Shown: positions 24,750 to 37,898 of the stretch, piece after piece
Numbering within the stretch: position 1 is the first letter of the stretch
Layout: each line of letters starts with the position of its first letter
Origin: Eledone cirrhosa
Lineage: Eukaryota
NCBI GenBank assembly: GCA_964016885.1
Contig: OZ024746.1
Coordinates: 45,508,001-45,572,000 of the forward strand
DNA: 64,000 nucleotides
Direction: 5' to 3'
Notes under the pieces: model-generated
What the model saw: the letters and a program-made list of their open reading frames with translations, nothing else
The model's database searches: none
What the model was told of the DNA's origin: nothing
Position numbers and translations under genes: made by a program

Positions 24750-25520
24750 TACTGGGATGAAAAATATTTGGGTGCTGAATCTGAAATATAAATTGATTTT
24801 TTTCCTAGCACATCAAGATTTTTAGATCTACATGAGGACCCCTTCAAAAAATGATGCTGTACTGCTAAAACATTCTCCTCTAAATATGTTAACTACAAGA
24901 ATCAAAATAATATTTAACTATAAACAATATTAATGTATAGATTAATATTAAATATAGAGTATAAACAATATTAATGTATATATATAAACCTCAAAGTTCC
25001 TGAGATTTTCATATTTCAAATATCGACTTTTAATGAATAAACATTATTGTCTGAATTGACTTACAAACATGATCAAATTTAAATCATAACCAATAGAATT
25101 AAAACTGCTTACAAACATCATTTAAGGCTGGAGAGCAAAACAAAAAGTGGGCACTTGTTGTTTACTGCACAACCTCTATATCTGGTGTCAAATAGAGGTA
25201 AAATGAAAATCAAAATGTGCTATTTGCCATACCAATGATATGTTATCAGCTAACTAAAAATAACACATACTGCTATTTTTGTATTATTAACATAGCAGGA
25301 TTTAAAAAGAATAAAAATTGTGTATCCAATCATACAATCTGCACTTAAGCCTGTTCCACATGGTTTAAAGAATCTCGTGCCATAACTCCAACAGCAACAA
25401 CATTTGAGGATGAAACTTAAGATGATGATGAGAGCATTAATGATAATGATGAAGAAGTGTATGAATACGTTGAATGAAAATATTTAGTGAACCAATAAGA
25501 ATTGCACAATGGTACAAGAG
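24750..25520 (+). mobile_element. Chapaev3-like (CMC) DNA transposon 5' relic
   Basis: End ctactgggatgaaaaatatttgggtgctgaatctgaaa; broken peptides GEQNKKWA.., YCYFC, and IVYP..QSALKPVPH resemble the Chapaev3 N-terminus. Assignment is from recall. Confidence 0.55.
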
Positions 25521-25599
25521 TTAGGATATGATCGTGTGCCACATTAATAAAAACTGTTCATAGACTCCAGCAAGGTGAGGCTACTTTATTGCACAAGTG

Positions 25600-26252
25600 C
25601 AGCATAAAATGCTCTATACCTGTCACTCATGCTGTGGAAATGAGACATCCAAATCAATGAAAGACTTCTATGATCCAACTGTTATGATCCAGAGACCAAG
25701 AGACAGAATGCCCAGTGGAAACATACTGACTCCCAAGATCCAAGAAGGCAAAGCAGGTTCACTGAGAAGCTTATGATGATTCCATTCTTTGACTGCAAGA
25801 GCATTATCTACATCCATTTGGTCCCCCACAGCCAGACAGTAAACAAAGAGTACTATGAAAGAGATTCCGCAAGAGACCAGAACTCTTCAAGTCTGGTCAG
25901 TAGCGCCTACACCATGACAATGCCCTCTGCCACAAATCCATCTTGGCAACCAACTAACTACTTGGTTGATATAGAGATCATGAAGACTGTCCCTCATCCT
26001 CCCTGCAGTCCAGACTTAGCTCCATGTGACAGCTGGATGTTCTCAATGCTGAAGGAGAAGCTCAGGGGTATCCGCTTTGAAGATGTGAAGGAGATGTCGG
26101 AGGCTGTGACAAGCACCCTGGAACCTACACTTTGGAGGACTACAAGGGGGGGGGGGGGTTCCAAAAGTGACTGGAGACTAGAGTTTTGTGTTGCTCTGAG
26201 TTAAATAAATGTCTCTGTTGAAAATCTCAAAACCTCTTGAGTATACCTTGTA
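25600..26252 (+). mobile_element. Mariner transposase 3' fragment
   Basis: YDPETKRQNAQWKH, MMIPFFD, QTVNKEYY, HHDNA and PHPPCSPDLAPCD; a TIR-like end ..atctcaaaacctcttgagtataccttgta. Confidence 0.85.
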
Positions 26253-27349
26253 TATGCACCCAGTATAATCTGTAAAAGGGTTAGATGTAAGAAGGGCATC
26301 TATCCAAACTAGATTGTATGAGAAGGGCATGGTTATATGATCTGTCTGGCTTCAGAATTTTGAAAAGTCACCCAATGCTTCCCAGCATGGAAAATGGAAG
26401 TAAAACGGGAATGCTGAAAATTATGAAGATAATATGTATATATACACACACACATATATATATATATATGCTATTACTAAATGTTTACGTTGATGAAATA
26501 GACATTTTTAGAATGATGTGGTAGGCTTTGAGTGCCAATAAAGAATAGGAAATAAGTCACTCTGTCTGACAAATTTGTAATATAGACGAAATACCAAAAT
26601 TAACCTTATCACTGGATTACCAGTGCACCAGTACTTACACATGCCTAGACAAATACCAATCTGACAATAAAATTATCAATATTGAATTTACTGATTCATT
26701 AAATTGTCATCTTCAAATTGTAACACTTTACATGATGAAGTAAATTGGGTATGAATAGACAGCTACTGATAGTAAATGTCGAAAGAATATACTAAGCAGA
26801 CTATCGAAATAATTTTGTTATTGCGAAATCAGAAAATTTGTTTTGATAACTTGATAATATTAACATGGCGAGATTAATTAAAACCAACTATAAATATCAC
26901 ATAAGGATTACATTTCAAACAAATGGGGAATATGTACTGCCTTTATTATTGTTGTTGTTAAGTAACTTGCAGTCACCTTTGACTAAATAGACATATACTG
27001 CACCAGTAATCAGTCAATTGAATGCTAAGTGGAGAATAATAAACTTATATATGTTATTGTGCAATGAGTGTACAAAAATATTTCTGGTAGTCTGTCAGGA
27101 AACCAAAACTTTAGGCTTACACTTTAGGTCAATCAGGTGTCATGGAGTAACTAACAACCATAAACCGAAAGCCATGAATTTATTGGAATAACTTTTGAAA
27201 CTTAGATTGTATAAATTGTCTGAGTAGAAGCTAATAATGGAATAGTGGCTGAGGTTTGAAGAAAATGAATAGAGTTCAAGAACTGCTGCCATTGTTCCTA
27301 ACAAAAGTTTCTCTTCACATGAACAACATTTATGTGATGTATGTAAAGT

Positions 27350-27800
27350 ATGTGATAGTGTTTATTGGCAAAACATGAACAATAACAAGAGAGATGCTCT
27401 ATTGAAAGATGGAGGAAGAGTGTAAGTTAAGTATGGCTTATTGGATGTGGTATGGTAACATGAAGAGAGGGAGGAGTGCAATTGAACTGACTGCCTAGTA
27501 TAGTGACTAGGTATTGGCTGAGGCATATATATGATCAGAAGAAAAATAAGTATATGAATGGCAGACATGCTAGGAGACAAACCTTTGAACTGTTAGTGCA
27601 TAGTAATTCAAATATAGATAGATGAAAGATAGCTTGGAACCTTCTGAACACCATCAGAACTGAAAACAATAAACATCTGCATGAGATGGGGTGTCCAAGA
27701 CCATAAAAAGCACTGCATTGCAAACTCGTCCTATTCCTGGAAATGTAGGAAAAAAACACATCAAATTAGAGACAATCTACATAAGAACATGAAAGTTGCT
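27350..27800 (-). mobile_element. Very decayed CR1/L2-group LINE C-terminal fragment
   Basis: Remnants such as DGVQK.. and P..HYTRQSVQLH resemble the post-RT region of CR1-group LINEs; many stops. Confidence 0.35.
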
Positions 27801-28450
27801 ATGAAGAGGTCTAAGACTGAATGATGCCTGTTGCTTTCACCAGCTGGCTATAAAGTCCCACACCAATCTGCATTTTGCTTATTTTCCAAAATATTGTTTA
27901 TCTCCTTTTGTATTTTAAATACACTTAGATGTAGTTTTTGTCTAGTAGCTGCAAGGATAATCATATCACTATCTTGTATACATAAGATGCTACTGTGTGT
28001 GTACTTAGAATGATGAATAGTCTCTCAAGGAACATTCCCTTAGCCATATAAATCATACTTAAATCTATTCTCAAAAAATTACAATCTTAACTTAATATTC
28101 AAATAATTTCACAATCAGAACTTATGAAATAGCTTCTCTGTTAGAGCAGATCATGACTATCAAACGATTCTTCATCTACTAAACTTTTAAATAAAGATTT
28201 GCTTCAAATGAAGGCTTTGTTTCAGTTAACCTTCTAGTTGTGATTATTATTATTATTATTATTATTGGCGACCTACGTAGTAAATCGTATCATCGTGAGC
28301 TCCGCAAAGGTTTGTTATTTCCGTTTGTTAAAAATTGCCATTTATGGAAAATTTTATTGTTAACTGTTTATAAGGACACCCAAAAAGATTGGGGCCTTGT
28401 GCCCAAAATTTAAACTTTTATGATTATCAAAAGCTTTCTTTGAAAAAAAA

Positions 28451-30411
28451 ATGGCTAATTCACCTCTGCACCAAGCAGCTGAGAGCCTTCCTCACAAACT
28501 AACACCTCACACCGACACCACCATTGTAAATATTACGACGTTTGCCAACACAAAAAATTTAAGCAGTAGAATTATTTTAAATTTGTCTCAGGCAGACATT
28601 CATTTCCCGCCATTACCAATGACTGCAGGTGTTAAAGCCGCCACCACCACCACCTCCACCGCGACAACCACCACCCCACCACCATCGCGACAACAGAAAC
28701 AAAAGGAAAAAATAAATCAACTCGTGATGTCAATGTTTTCAAACAAAATGGACTCTTCCACACCGAACACCACTGACGTCACCACCACCAAAACTGAAAC
28801 TAAAATTAATAATAACAAAAATAACGATAACAACAACAGCAACAATGACATTTAAAAAACCACCCTGAGTTTTGCCAGTGCGAAGCATTTACGGTAACTC
28901 AGGAGGAATTAGAAAATGCCAAAAAAATGGTAAAGAAAGATGGGTACAGGGTCAGCCTCACCCCCACCCCCACCTAATAAAATGGTGCATCGGCGCCTAT
29001 GCACCGTGTCGTATCTAACAATTAATGTAAAATCGCGCCAAGTGGAACGGCATCCGAGTCCCAAATCCAAAAAGCTTTGGGACATGTGTGGGCAAGAAAA
29101 ACCCACATCAGACGTGGGCAGAAGTATGGAACCGTGGACATGTTCTTTGAAACACCAGAGGAGGCTAGAGAACACTCCATGGCCCCATTAAGAAGTGACG
29201 ACTTCACACTCGTCCCAAGCTATTGTGGCCAGAGACTCGTAAAGATCAGGGTGACCCACGTTCCACCGGCCATCAAAATTCCCTGGCTAATAGCGGCCGT
29301 CCTCGCCGGCATCTAAGCCAACACAAACATAATAGCAATAGCAAAAGAAAAGCAGGAGAACTGGTCCGGATCTGGGATGGAGCTCCTGATCCAAGCGGAC
29401 CAAAAAAGCATTCAGGAAATCCCAGAGGTAATAGACCTCACTGACGGCAGCCATCTCACCGTAATTGTCGAGGGCAGAAGGCCTAGGTGTGTCATTTGTG
29501 GTGAAGGAACCCACCTAAGGGCTTTCTGCCCTCAGGCTAAAAGGTTGAGGCCACCTCTCCTACCCACCCCAGTGACTCAACCATCAACACCACCAGTAGT
29601 AGAGATGGCAACAACAAATGTAGAAGCAACTATAACAGCAACAACCCCAGCAACAGTAGCAAAACCAACACTACCACCACCAGCAAAACCAACACCACCA
29701 CCACCCAACGCGCCAGAACTAGCACCAGCGCCTACACCATCCACCACGCCACAACCAAAACTAACGCCTGTGGAGGATTTTCCACTCCCAGGCCTATCAC
29801 AACTGGAGACAGATTGTAACGACGAGGAGTGGGAAACTGTATCAGGAAAAAAGAAAAAAAGAAACCAAAAAAGAAAAAAATCTCTTCTTTCCCACTCTAA
29901 AAACAAAATACAGAGTGAAACAAATAAATTAACAAACAAAAAAGTTAGGACAGATATGCCACCATCCACACCAGCATCACCAACCCCATCACCCCAAATA
30001 CCAACACCATCACCATCATTAACCCCAACACCACCATCACTTACACCACAAAAGTCACCAAAAGGCGAAACAGAAACAAACCCACAACAAACGCAAACAA
30101 AACAAAACAACCAAAACGATACACACTACACAGCATTAAATTTGAACAACAACCAATTATTACACTACATCCAACACAACACCAGCATCACAGAAAAAGA
30201 CTACACAACAACCCAAAAATTCACACCACCTCCACAGATACAAATCACTCGCATCACACAGAAAACGTACATGACACTAAAACAAAAATTCCCCAAAGAC
30301 ATCGGAGACTTCCGACAAGCACTCTCCAGGAGGATTTATAAAGACATCCTTCCTGAGGAGGCCACAAGCAGTGAAAATGATGGAAAACCGTCCTTTCTCT
30401 ACGAGAAGTAA
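28451..30411 (+). pseudogene. ORF1 (gag-like; RRM-like region, CCHC knuckle, P/T-rich and basic tail), disrupted
   Basis: Fragments 28451-28855, 28940-29316 and 29377-30411; VIVEGRRPRCVICGEGTHLRAFCP knuckle; EWETVSGKKKKR basic patch. Confidence 0.8.
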
Positions 30412-30450
30412 GGTAAGTGGTCTTTCCCATATTTTCCACTCCATTTCAAC

Positions 30451-33400
30451 ATGACCTTACTCAGAATAGGCAGCATAAATGCGCGTGGCTTGGGGTCGTC
30501 ATGAAAGCAGGGCCACATGCTCAACGACCTCAGGTCACTAAACATAGATGTAGTGGCCATCAGCGAGACCAGAATCTCCGAAGCACGGGCCTTCGCAGCG
30601 ATCTTTGGCGGCTACGATGTGTACGCATCTCCTTGCCGTCCGGGATCGGGGGGAAGAGTTGCTGTGCTTTTTCGGAGAGGTTTGGATCTTGCCATACGGG
30701 CCATCTTCCTGGACACAGAAGGTAAGTTGGTGGTGCTGGAGACGGGCAAGCTTTCAGTTTAGTGGCCGTCTATGCCCCAACAGGAGCAGGGCGGCCTGAT
30801 TTCTTCCGGCGTCTGGAGACCATTCTTGGAACGTCCCGCTCTTTAGTGTTAGTGGGCGACTGGAACGGGATCTTAGATGCACGCTGGGATTGTGTGGGAT
30901 TAGTGGATAGGGGAGGAGGGTGCAAGAGTCTCACCAACCTGCTCAGGCGTTTTGAATTGTCTGACAGGTACCGATTGGATTTCCCGAATGTACCAATGTG
31001 GACTTGGACAAATCGCATAGGGTCATCCAGATCATAGATAGAGTATTTTGTAGGGAAATAGATAGGCTGTTCACAATTCAAGATAGTCAGCTACCCGGAC
31101 CACAAATTTGTGATCTGTGTGCTTGACTTAGATAGGCTTCATAGACGAGGACCCGGCTACGGAAGCTAAACGCGTCCTTACCAGCGCGCAAGGCCTACAG
31201 AGACCGGATTAGCGAACTAGTTAAGCGGGCGTTGACGGGGGCCATCGTCAACAACAAGTGGTGGTTTGCTCTGAAAAGAGCAATTAGAATAGAGTCCATT
31301 AGGTTTAGTAAGGCTTTAGCAATAGAGAAAAATAGAGCAGAGGGAGAATTAGTTAGAAAATTAGACGAGGCGCTTTGCAAAGGCATTGCGACCGACGTAC
31401 TTGCGGCGAAATTGGCCCTTGACCAATTCTTCAATGCAAAGCACGAAGGCTGCGTTGTCAGAGCTAAGGTGCGTGCTCTCAGACACGAGGGGACGAAAGC
31501 CGTTCAATGGGCCCGAGTGGCGGAGGCGTGTCGTGGCAACAAAGCCACGATCCGGTCTTTGGTGGACCACGACGGGCGCATGCTACTCGATCCCGGGCAA
31601 ATGTGTGAAGCTTTTCAGCGACACTTCGCTCAACTGTTCTGGGGCAGCGGCGGGCCGGATCGAGGGATGGACTTTAGTGTCTACCTCGACGGACTGCCGC
31701 GGCTCTCGGCCACTGAGGCGGAGTGTTGCGAAAAGCCGATAACAGCCGCTGAAGTACGGGAGGCAATGACTGGCTGCACAAGGGCTAAATCGCCTGGTTT
31801 GGATGGTCTGCCCTATGAACTTTACGTACAAATGCCAGACTTGTTCGGAGGCCTCTTGGCGGACGTCTACTGCAACTGGCAAAAGAACGGGAGAATTCCC
31901 AGCTCTGTGAGCCGAGGAGCGGTGGCGCTGCTGAGAAAGGATCCGAACAAGGGGGAAAACATAGATAATTTTAGGCCCATAACTCTGCTAAACACAGAGT
32001 TCAAGATGTTGGCCAAGATGCTAGCAAAGAGGTTGGCGCTTGTCGTTGGTGGTCTGGTGGGAGAGGCGCAGACATGCGCCATTCCCGACAGATCCATCCA
32101 CGACAACCTCCACCTCATGCGATACATCGTAGAGAGGGTTACTAGGGAACCTGGCACGGGTGGGTCTTTGATAAATTTAGATCAGTCGAAAGCCTTCGAT
32201 AGGGTCGACCATCGTTACCTAGCGGCAGTCCTGAGGGCGGCTGGCTTTGGGCCCGTCTTCAGAGGCTGGATCGCTGCCATGCACAGCGACATCTGCTCTG
32301 TGGTGAGAGTGAACGGTCACCTTTAGGAACCGTTCAACATCATGCGCTCGGTCCGCCAAGGATGTCCCCTCTCGTCCCTCTTGTACGTATTGACTCTCGA
32401 GCCATTACTGCACAAACTGGAGACGTTGAGGGGGGTCTCGCACGAACTAGGATGCGGAAGATCCGTGTCAGTATATGCGGACGATGTCACCGTAGTGGTG
32501 TCGAACGCCAAACACATCGAGGCGATCGGCACTACACTAAGAGAATACGAAGTGGTGACAGAAGCAATGATCAACCAGGAAAAGTCACTGGGCCTGCAGC
32601 TCGGCACCTGGAGAGGCAGGTCCATGCCGTCCAACAGCGTCGTTGGGCGCTGGACGGACGGACCGGTTAAATTGCTAGGGGTCTGGTTCGGTCCGGAACT
32701 CCAGACGGACAAAAGCTGGGACGAGGTGACGAGCAGGGTGGCTTCTCTCACCCAGAAATGGGTGGAGAGGAAGCTATCCCTGAAAGGTCGATCGGAGGTG
32801 GCTAACGCGTACATCGCGTCCGTCATCTACTACCGCCTGACCGTCGTACCTTGTCATAAGCCCCGCCTGACTGCGCTGGAGCGTTTGCTCTTTCGCTTTT
32901 TGTGGAAGGGACGCGCTCCGATGGTCAGGCGGTCCATCTGCTGTCAACACATGCTACGTGGAGGGCTGGGCATGCCGTGGCTGATGATGCACAGACACGC
33001 GCTCAGGCTACAACATCTCCACCTCTTCCTCGACGGTGATCAGGTGTGGTCCCCGTTTGCTAGACACGTCTTTCCCCAGCTCGTCTCCTTGACGGAGCTG
33101 CAGTCCTGGGTCAAGCGAAGACCGAGAGGGAGCGCTTGGAGACTGGAATGTTTTCAGGCGCTCACAGCCCTCGACCAATCGGGCAATGTGATCGGTGGAA
33201 ACTCCACCTTGGCGTTCTATAGAGGATTAGTGGAGGGGAAGAGCGACGACGTACTTGGAGAAACTCTAGGCGTCGACGAAAATCAACTAGCCAATCTCTT
33301 CGGAAGGACTTTCGGGCCGTGGCCTATGGACAACTTCCAGAAATCCCTGGCCTGGCAGTGCTACCGGGGAGCTTTGCCAGTTCGGGATAAACTCTACAGG

Positions 33401-33841
33401 CATGGAGGTGCCGTCAGCCGGGCATGTCCGAGATGCGCGCAGGGCGACGAAACCGTCCTGCACGCACTAGTCCAGTGTCCGAGCATTGCTGACTTGTGGG
33501 TTTATGTCGAACACCTGCTGTTACGTGTAGGACGGATCCAGCTATCAGCTGAGTCCATCGTGAGGATTGCCCCGCCCTCCTCCTTTAGCCGGGAAGGGCA
33601 GGCAGTTTTTATCTGTCTGGTGGCCATGGCGAAAGAGATAGTATGGTGGACACGTTTGAAAGGGCTGAAGACGAGCACTTACCTCTTCGGTGATGCCCTG
33701 ATTAACTTTTTCAAATTTCATTTGAAAAGGAAAATCAGGGTAGAGAGGGGAGTGCTCTCTTCCCAGCATTTTGTTGAAAGATGGGTGAGAGAAGCAAGTA
33801 TGGCCCGAGTGAATGGGCCTACTCTGAGTATGTGTCTGTAA
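30451..33841 (+). pseudogene. ORF2: APE endonuclease, reverse transcriptase and CCHC finger, with a few stops and frameshifts
   Basis: MTLLRIGSINARGL, VVAISETR, AVYAP, LVGDWN, PDHK, KSPGLDG, FRPITLLN, LDQSKAFDRVDH, VRQGCPLS, YADD, CPRC..ETVLHALVQC. In-frame stops at ~30502, ~31035 and 32324. Confidence 0.93.
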
Positions 33842-34085
33842 ATTAAAGGTGGAAACTGGGAGAGGGCACTTGCCCTGGTGGTCAGGGTCACTGTGGTCTT
33901 TTAATGGGCTTTCTCCACAAATGTCCCTTTCGGAAGTCTCCCCCTATTGGGGAATCTTTATTTGTTATTTTATTACATCCTCTGTTTTTTTTACACGCAG
34001 AAATGCCCATTTGTACCGTCCTGTATTGTCCTGTACTGTCCTTAATGTCTACTTTATGTAAACCCTTGTGGTTAATAAAGAAAAC

Positions 34086-34142
<57 letters not shown>

Positions 34143-34144
<2 letters not shown>

Positions 34145-34851
34145 AAAATTAAGATAAATTAAATGAATTTAATCTAAATCAAAATTATGGGTGTCATGCC
34201 AGAAAGACATGCACCATATCAACCGGAAAATAAGCTCTAAGATTCTAATGAGTAGGTCCAAGCATTTTATAATAACTAGGAATTGATTAACATATAAATA
34301 AACATGAATAATCACAGGGGATAATTTTTACAAGTGTGTAACCACACATAGCTAGGTAGGTAACTAAATAAAGTTGACCAGAACTTCAAAAATAGATACC
34401 TTATAATATGATTAATCTTCCCTGTATATATTCTATTAAAGAAATATATTTCACCAATTAATCGGATGGTAAACCACGGAAGTGGGGACTTGGATTTTCA
34501 ACAAGGAAGAAGTTCCAGCAATCCATGTTTACACTTCAAGTTCAAATCTGCGACTGGCCATCACCACGTAGATTTGAACTTGAAGTGTAAACACGGATTG
34601 CTGGAACTTCTTCCTTGTTGAAAATCCAAGTCCCCACTTCCGTGGTTTACCATCCGATTAATTGGTGAAATATATTTCTTTAATTGAATATATACATGGA
34701 AGATTAATCATATTATAAGGTATCTATTTTTGAAGTTCTGGTCAACTTTATTTAGTTACCTACCTAGCTATGTGTGGTTTCACACTTGTAAAAATTATCC
34801 CCTGTGATTATTCATGTTTATTTATATGTTAATCAATTCCTAGTTATTATA
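34143..34851. repeat. Fold-back element: ~285-bp inverted arms (34268-34552 / 34567-34851), 14-nt spacer and 125-bp one-sided extension, set in (TA)n
   Basis: The arms are reverse complements with about 5 mismatches by eye; (TA)n lies at 34113-34142 and 34848-34862. Confidence 0.93.
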
Positions 34852-35549
34852 TATATATATATTGTTAGTGTTATTGAATGATAAAATGCACAAAGTAAAC
34901 TCTATAAAATGGTTCGTGATAAGAAAGACATCCAGCTATAGAAAACTTCTCAAACAAAATTTCAAGGTGTTTCTTCAGTTATGTCAAAGATTTAATGCCC
35001 CCCCTAGTACTGGTGTTACAATAAAATGTACTCAGTGTACTCTGCAAATGCAGGAATGGATGTGAGTGACTGCAGTCCCAGCCTATAAGTGGTCAGTAGC
35101 TCCAATTATATAATAACTTGGTCTCTAACAACCCACCGAACCATTGATTGCAAGGAAAATGAACATTAAACAATGAGGATTATGATGTTGATGTTTGTGG
35201 GCTCCTAACAATTAAACACTAGAACATGTGAAAAACAATACTTTATATCCACTATATTATGTCAATAGGCAAGGCATTTAACTTTAAACTCTACTAAGCT
35301 CAATGTAAGTAGGAACAACTAGACTGTACTGCATAATTAATGAATCGAAGAACTATGCAATAAATGTGTATTTTGTTTTGAATATAGCTGAAATGAGCAG
35401 TCTAACTTACATGGCATGCAAGTGATTGGTGATGTACATAAATAACAGTGTAAATTAGATGATACCTCTTCCATTAGCTTTGTTAACATATTTATATATT
35501 TCATTTTGCAATTCACAGGTTCTCACTGGAATGTAAGCGGAATGTTTTT

Positions 35550-36000
35550 ACAATTCAGTTCCCTCTGTATTTCTTTGCAAGTCTGTTTTTGATTATTTCA
35601 TTGGTTGAGAGTTTATGGCTAAGAGTTCAATATTTGAATTTCCCACAACACCTTTTCCTAGCAACAGCTGGCTATGTGACTTCCTCCTCTTCCAATGTCA
35701 TATTTTGCTGCTACATTTAGTAATAGCTGATGACTTGGCTAATGAGGTGGCCATACACAAACTTTCTGTTCGCTGATGAAGTGTTATGGAATTAGTTATG
35801 CAATATCTGCACGGTGTATATAACCATTGAAAATGACAGATGTAGCTGCATCTGCCTTATCAGTCCATATTCACACCTTTAATGTCCGGGAAATTATGGT
35901 ATACAATTAGCATTACCCACATGCAGGTGTCTCCATTATGATTAACATATATAGTGTGCACTCTGAGATATTGTTTTTTTACATTCTCACATTCAAATTT
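35550..36000 (-). mobile_element. Possible MULE/SWIM transposase relic
   Basis: Minus strand CSYICHFQWLYTPCRYC resembles a SWIM finger; otherwise fragmentary. Confidence 0.25.
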
Positions 36001-36924
36001 TATGTCCCATTGAGTGAGTAATGGACTGGCTGGGGCTATGCGGATCCTTCTTCTGTTTGCTTTGGTAATAAATTTGTATATAGATATAAATACAGCTCTT
36101 TTAGTTAGAAGTATTTACTGTGAGTAGAATTAAGAGTAAACACTTTCAACTATTCTTCTGTGCAACAAAAAACATGAAAGATTACTATGTATCACTAATA
36201 TTTTTGTCTTCTTGTCAGAAAATAACTACATCTATGTTTATGTGTGTATGTATGCACATCATACAAATTAGACTGATCATTTTAGCTATATTCTAATTCC
36301 TGCTAACATATATCGAGCTGCTATAGTAAAATTCCTATATACACAGAATAATTAGGGCAGATATTTTCTGATGAGAAGACAGTAATGTCAGTTAGTCTAC
36401 CAGCTTGACCTAAGTTGGTCTCTATAAAATTGTTAACATTACTTTAACAAATGAAATGACCGGCATATTGAAGGATTTTTGAAGCATAGCACAATCAGTG
36501 ATGTCTTCATTCACTCTAGAACTATGTACCAATTATGTATCTGTTACAAGTAAATAAGTACAATGTTGTTATCATGTCTGTGAAAACTATTGATAATTGA
36601 ACATAAAAATGATATTGTAAATCTCATTTTTTTTTAAAATAATTATATTCTGTATGACTGTGTTTATAATCAGATGAGTTATCCAAACAATTCCATTCAG
36701 ATAATTGATGTCTAATTATAATTTATATAATGTTCACAAAGAAAATGAAAAGATCATATTTATACATGTTTACTTTAGATTGTGCCAAAATTGCAGCAAT
36801 GATACAGTGGTGAAAATTTGAAGTAAGGCAAATTTCAAACTGATCTAAATCCAAGTGGCGTAAATCAAACAAGCATAAAATCATGGCTGCATCTATACTA
36901 GTTGAAACAAGTAAATTATTAAAG

Positions 36925-36974
36925 TATGTATGTATGTATGTATGTATGTATGTATGTATGTATGTATGTATGTA

Positions 36975-37011
<37 letters not shown>

Positions 37012-37125
37012 GCGTGCGCGTGCGTGCGTGTGTGTGTGTATGCTGTGTGTAAGTGTGTATGTATATATATATGTTTGTGTGTGTGCATGTATGTTTGTAT
37101 GTATGATTGTTTGCATGTATGTATG
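36925..37125. repeat. (ATGT)n-(GT)n-(GTGC)n compound microsatellite
   Basis: Direct reading. Confidence 0.95.
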
Positions 37126-37794
37126 ATAGTTTACATTTTCCATGCTTGATTGAGTAGGATAATCTATTTTGTTAGAACAATTGAATTCATAGTTGGATGC
37201 TTTTCCTACTGCTAGCCACTCAACTGTAAAGTAAGAGTGGAGCCTGTTTTATGTGCAGTTCAGCAAACTCGAAGAAACAGAGGTAGATTCTTTACTCATT
37301 GGGTGAAACACAATAATAGTAAGATTTGAACTTTAGTCAGTAGACAATAGTCCAGCAAATACAGCCAATTCTGTCTCATAACTATTTTGCCTCTTTATAT
37401 AAACCTACACATTATGAGTGTACATGTGTTCTTATTTGCATGTGTGCATGCACCCATACACATGTGTGAGTATACTTTTATATATTATGTGGAAGTCTTG
37501 TAGTTTGAAGCATTTTAGAGAACAGTAGTAAACAGTTTATTTATACAAAATGCTATCGCAATACAAATCAAATTGTAAATATAAAAAAATAATAACAAAC
37601 ATATTAAGATGTGTAATTGGATTTGATATCAAATTCCCCAGTAGAAATAGTAAACTCCCCACATACACCTATCTCATCTCTTGGACCCTAAATATATTGC
37701 TCTCAACTTTCTCCAGGCATGTCAGCAGCTATGATAGTCATACAGATATTTTATCAACTTGAAACCTATACATTAAAATACAACAGAAGATATG

Positions 37795-37850
<56 letters not shown>

Positions 37851-37898
37851 GTGTATATGAAAACATATAAATATACATAATACATTTATATAAAATAA

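Larger units (their letters stand above)
28267..34085 (+). mobile_element. Near full-length L1-superfamily (Tx1-clade-like) non-LTR retrotransposon
   Basis: ORF1 with a CCHC knuckle; ORF2 with APE, RT and CCHC domains; AATAAA at ~34075; sharp GC and CpG contrast with the flanks; (ATT)8 at 28243-28266 and (ATT)9 at 34086-34112. Confidence 0.95.

Noticed and set aside
29577-30110. 177-aa G/V-rich antisense ORF
   Set aside because: It is the mirror of the P/T-rich low-complexity part of LINE ORF1.
34230-34290. Twister-like motif (taatgagtaggtccaagc) beside the palindrome
   Set aside because: Only a short GUCCAAGC resemblance; the required stems and pseudoknots could not be built.
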